From an uncultured Clostridia bacterium (GTDB taxonomy: Bacteria; Bacillota; Clostridia; TANB77; CAG-465): 35,245 nt of DNA. The translations under genes were made by a program, and so were the position numbers. The notes beneath the pieces are model-generated. The model was not told where the DNA came from, did not search any database, and worked only from the letters and a program-made list of their open reading frames with translations. The DNA is taken from NCBI GenBank assembly GCA_947628575.1, contig CANRAK010000001.1, forward strand, positions 1 to 35,245. Direction: 5' to 3'. Below, piece by piece: positions 33,598 to 35,245 of this stretch; the first letter of the stretch is position 1; each line of letters opens with the position of its first letter.

Positions 33598-34911
33598 TTA
33601 TCCTAAAAATCCTGAATAATTTCTGCTTATCATTTGTGTTTCTAATCCTTGTAATACTTCTAGTGCAACACTAACTAAGATAAGGATAGAGTTACCGCTA
33701 AATGATATTGATTGATTTGTAAATGCTTGTAATATTATAGGTAATATTGCAATAGCTGCTAAGAATAATGCTCCTGCAGTTGTAATACGAATCAATACAG
33801 AATTTATATATTCAGATGTATTTTTACCAGCTCTTATACCTGGTATAAATCCACCATTTTTCTTTAAGTTATTTGCTATTTCAACAGGATTTACTATAAA
33901 CATAGTATATACAAATGTAAATAGTATAATAAGTGCCATATAAATTACAGCATATCCTAATAGATAATACCAAGCACTTCCTGATGATGCAGTAAATAAT
34001 GTGTATACACCTTTCCAGAAACCTGTTAAGTTATTTACATCTGTAACAAGTCCTATTATTATACTTGGGAATGACATAAATGACATTGCAAATATAAGTG
34101 GCATAACACCTGCCATAGCAAGTTTTATTGGAATATGTGTACTTTGTCCACCGTACATTTTTCTTCCAACTACTCTTTTAGCATAGTTTACAGGAATTCT
34201 ACGTTCAGCTTTTTGAACAAATACTACTCCTGCTATTACAGCAATTAATCCAACGATTAATGCTATAAATACTAGTATACCAGTAAATCCACTACCAGCA
34301 ATACCTGCAAAAGCAGATATAGTTGTAGGAAGACCAGCGATAATACCAAAGAAAACTATCATTGATATACCGTTTCCAATACCGTATTCAGTAATCTTAT
34401 CTCCTAACCATGTTAATAATGAAGTTCCTGCTACTAGTGAAACCATAAATAAGAAGAAACCTAGAACTCTTCCTGCTCCATGAGTTAAATCTACTAACAT
34501 ATATGATCTATATGTAAAGTATAAACCTAAACCTTCAATAAGTGCAAATGCAATTGTTAAATATTTAGTATAATTATTAAGTTTCTTTCTTCCTTCTTCG
34601 CCTTCTTTAGCAAGTCTTTCAAGACTTGGTATTACAAATTGTAATAGATTAAGGACGATAGATGCTGTGATGTATGGTCCTATTGTCATAGCAAATATAG
34701 ATAATCTACTGAATGCTCCACCAGATATTAAATTTACCATAGCAGATAGTCCATTTGAACTAGCACCTAATTGTTGATTAATAGCTAATTTATCTAGACC
34801 AGGTATTGTTATAAATGTTCCAAGTCTAAATAATAATAGTATTAAAAATGTAAAGATTAATTTTTTTCTTATATCTTTTACTGAGAATATGTTTTTTACT
34901 GTTTCTAACAT
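33598..34911 (-). CDS. secY: Preprotein translocase subunit SecY
   Basis: 437 aa, ten-TM topology. N-terminal DIRKKLIFTFLILLLFRLGTFITIPG, and GGFIPGIRAGKNTSEYI. Follows rplO, as in the spc operon. Confidence 0.95.
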   Translation of the reverse strand: MLETVKNIFSVKDIRKKLIFTFLILLLFRLGTFITIPGLDKLAINQQLGASSNGLSAMVNLISGGAFSRLSIFAMTIGPYITASIVLNLLQFVIPSLERLAKEGEEGRKKLNNYTKYLTIAFALIEGLGLYFTYRSYMLVDLTHGAGRVLGFFLFMVSLVAGTSLLTWLGDKITEYGIGNGISMIVFFGIIAGLPTTISAFAGIAGSGFTGILVFIALIVGLIAVIAGVVFVQKAERRIPVNYAKRVVGRKMYGGQSTHIPIKLAMAGVMPLIFAMSFMSFPSIIIGLVTDVNNLTGFWKGVYTLFTASSGSAWYYLLGYAVIYMALIILFTFVYTMFIVNPVEIANNLKKNGGFIPGIRAGKNTSEYINSVLIRITTAGALFLAAIAILPIILQAFTNQSISFSGNSILILVSVALEVLQGLETQMISRNYSGFLG

Positions 34912-34912
34912 A

Positions 34913-35245
34913 CTACTTCACCTCAGTCTTTCCACCTGCAGCTTGTATTTTTTCTTCAGCAACTTTAGAAAATTTTGCAGCTACAACAGTAAGTTTTTTA
35001 GTTAGTGTTCCGTTTCCTAAAACTTTAACACCATCTAATTCTTTCTTTATCATTCCTTCAGACATTAAAAGATTTGCATCTACAACTGTATCATTATCAA
35101 ATCTTTCTAAATCACTTAGATTAACTATTGCATATTCTTTTGCAAAGCGATTTTTAAATCCTCTTTTTGGAATTCTTCTATATAAAGGTGTTTGTCCACC
35201 TTCAAATCCTCTTCTAATGCTACCGCCTGATCTAGCTTTTTGACC
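34913..35245 (-). CDS. rplO: 50S ribosomal protein L15, C-terminal 110 codons; 5' end lies outside the window
   Basis: Not in the ORF track. Hand translation of the minus strand gives [32 protein letters not shown]...[37 protein letters not shown], with the stop (TAG) at 34913-34915. Its last codons contain the secY RBS. Confidence 0.9.
   Translation of the reverse strand, partial: GQKARSGGSIRRGFEGGQTPLYRRIPKRGFKNRFAKEYAIVNLSDLERFDNDTVVDANLLMSEGMIKKELDGVKVLGNGTLTKKLTVVAAKFSKVAEEKIQAAGGKTEVK

Noticed and set aside
1-35245. Scan for rRNA, tRNA, tmRNA, RNase P or SRP RNA, riboswitches, CRISPR repeats, IS elements, integrases, inverted-repeat-flanked invertible segments and TA or defence modules
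   Set aside because: No G/C-enriched structured-RNA-like islands, no regularly spaced direct repeats, and no transposase, recombinase or nuclease-like ORFs were seen. Every intergenic region over 80 bp is accounted for by promoter and terminator elements, except the rpsB leader and the spo0A-ssp region reported above. A covariance-model scan (Infernal/Rfam, tRNAscan) would be the decisive check.

Overview
Strongly AT-rich chromosomal segment from an endospore-forming low-GC Firmicute (Clostridia-like). The spore-former call rests on spo0A, an alpha/beta-type SASP gene, yqfC-yqfD and a YetF/DUF421 gene. I call 35 protein-coding genes, 32 of them on the minus strand. One is partial at each window edge: a cpaF-like ATPase at the left and rplO at the right; neither appears in the ORF track.

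Gene order, in minus-strand transcription direction from right to left:
- rplO-secY, terminator, helD-like helicase, then a convergent DUF421 gene and the ssp gene on the plus strand
- spo0A, then gdpP-rplI-dnaB-tilS-ftsH
- a large surface protein (transglutaminase-like core, LRR, Ig-like repeats, dockerin)
- rpsB-tsf, pyrH, a PH-domain membrane protein, secD-secF
- a small hypothetical gene, a DUF4352-like membrane protein and a WG-repeat protein, with a convergent orphan REC-LytTR regulator on the plus strand
- yqfC-yqfD-ybeY-dgkA-cdd, a DUF3298-like gene, a DUF4282-like gene, an alpha/beta hydrolase and a D-Ala-D-Ala carboxypeptidase
- the head of a Tad/Flp-like pilus operon (cpaB, two ParA-like genes, cpaF)

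Several start codons in the track were moved to RBS-supported ATG or TTG codons. I located about a dozen rho-independent terminators, nine sigma-A-type promoters and one Spo0A box by eye. I saw no rRNA, tRNA, CRISPR array, IS or transposase, integrase, prophage, toxin-antitoxin or recognisable defence genes.

Most of the window is core housekeeping and I cannot point to a clear-cut novel multi-gene system. The most accessory or unusual pieces are:
- the Tad-like module, with two tandem ParA-fold proteins lacking P-loop lysines and a membrane-anchored CpaF
- the dockerin-bearing surface protein
- a double-length DgkA
- a three-gene envelope cluster next to an orphan LytTR regulator
- at window scale, truncation and re-joining of many conserved Firmicute syntenic blocks

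All family assignments come from motif recognition by eye, not database searches.
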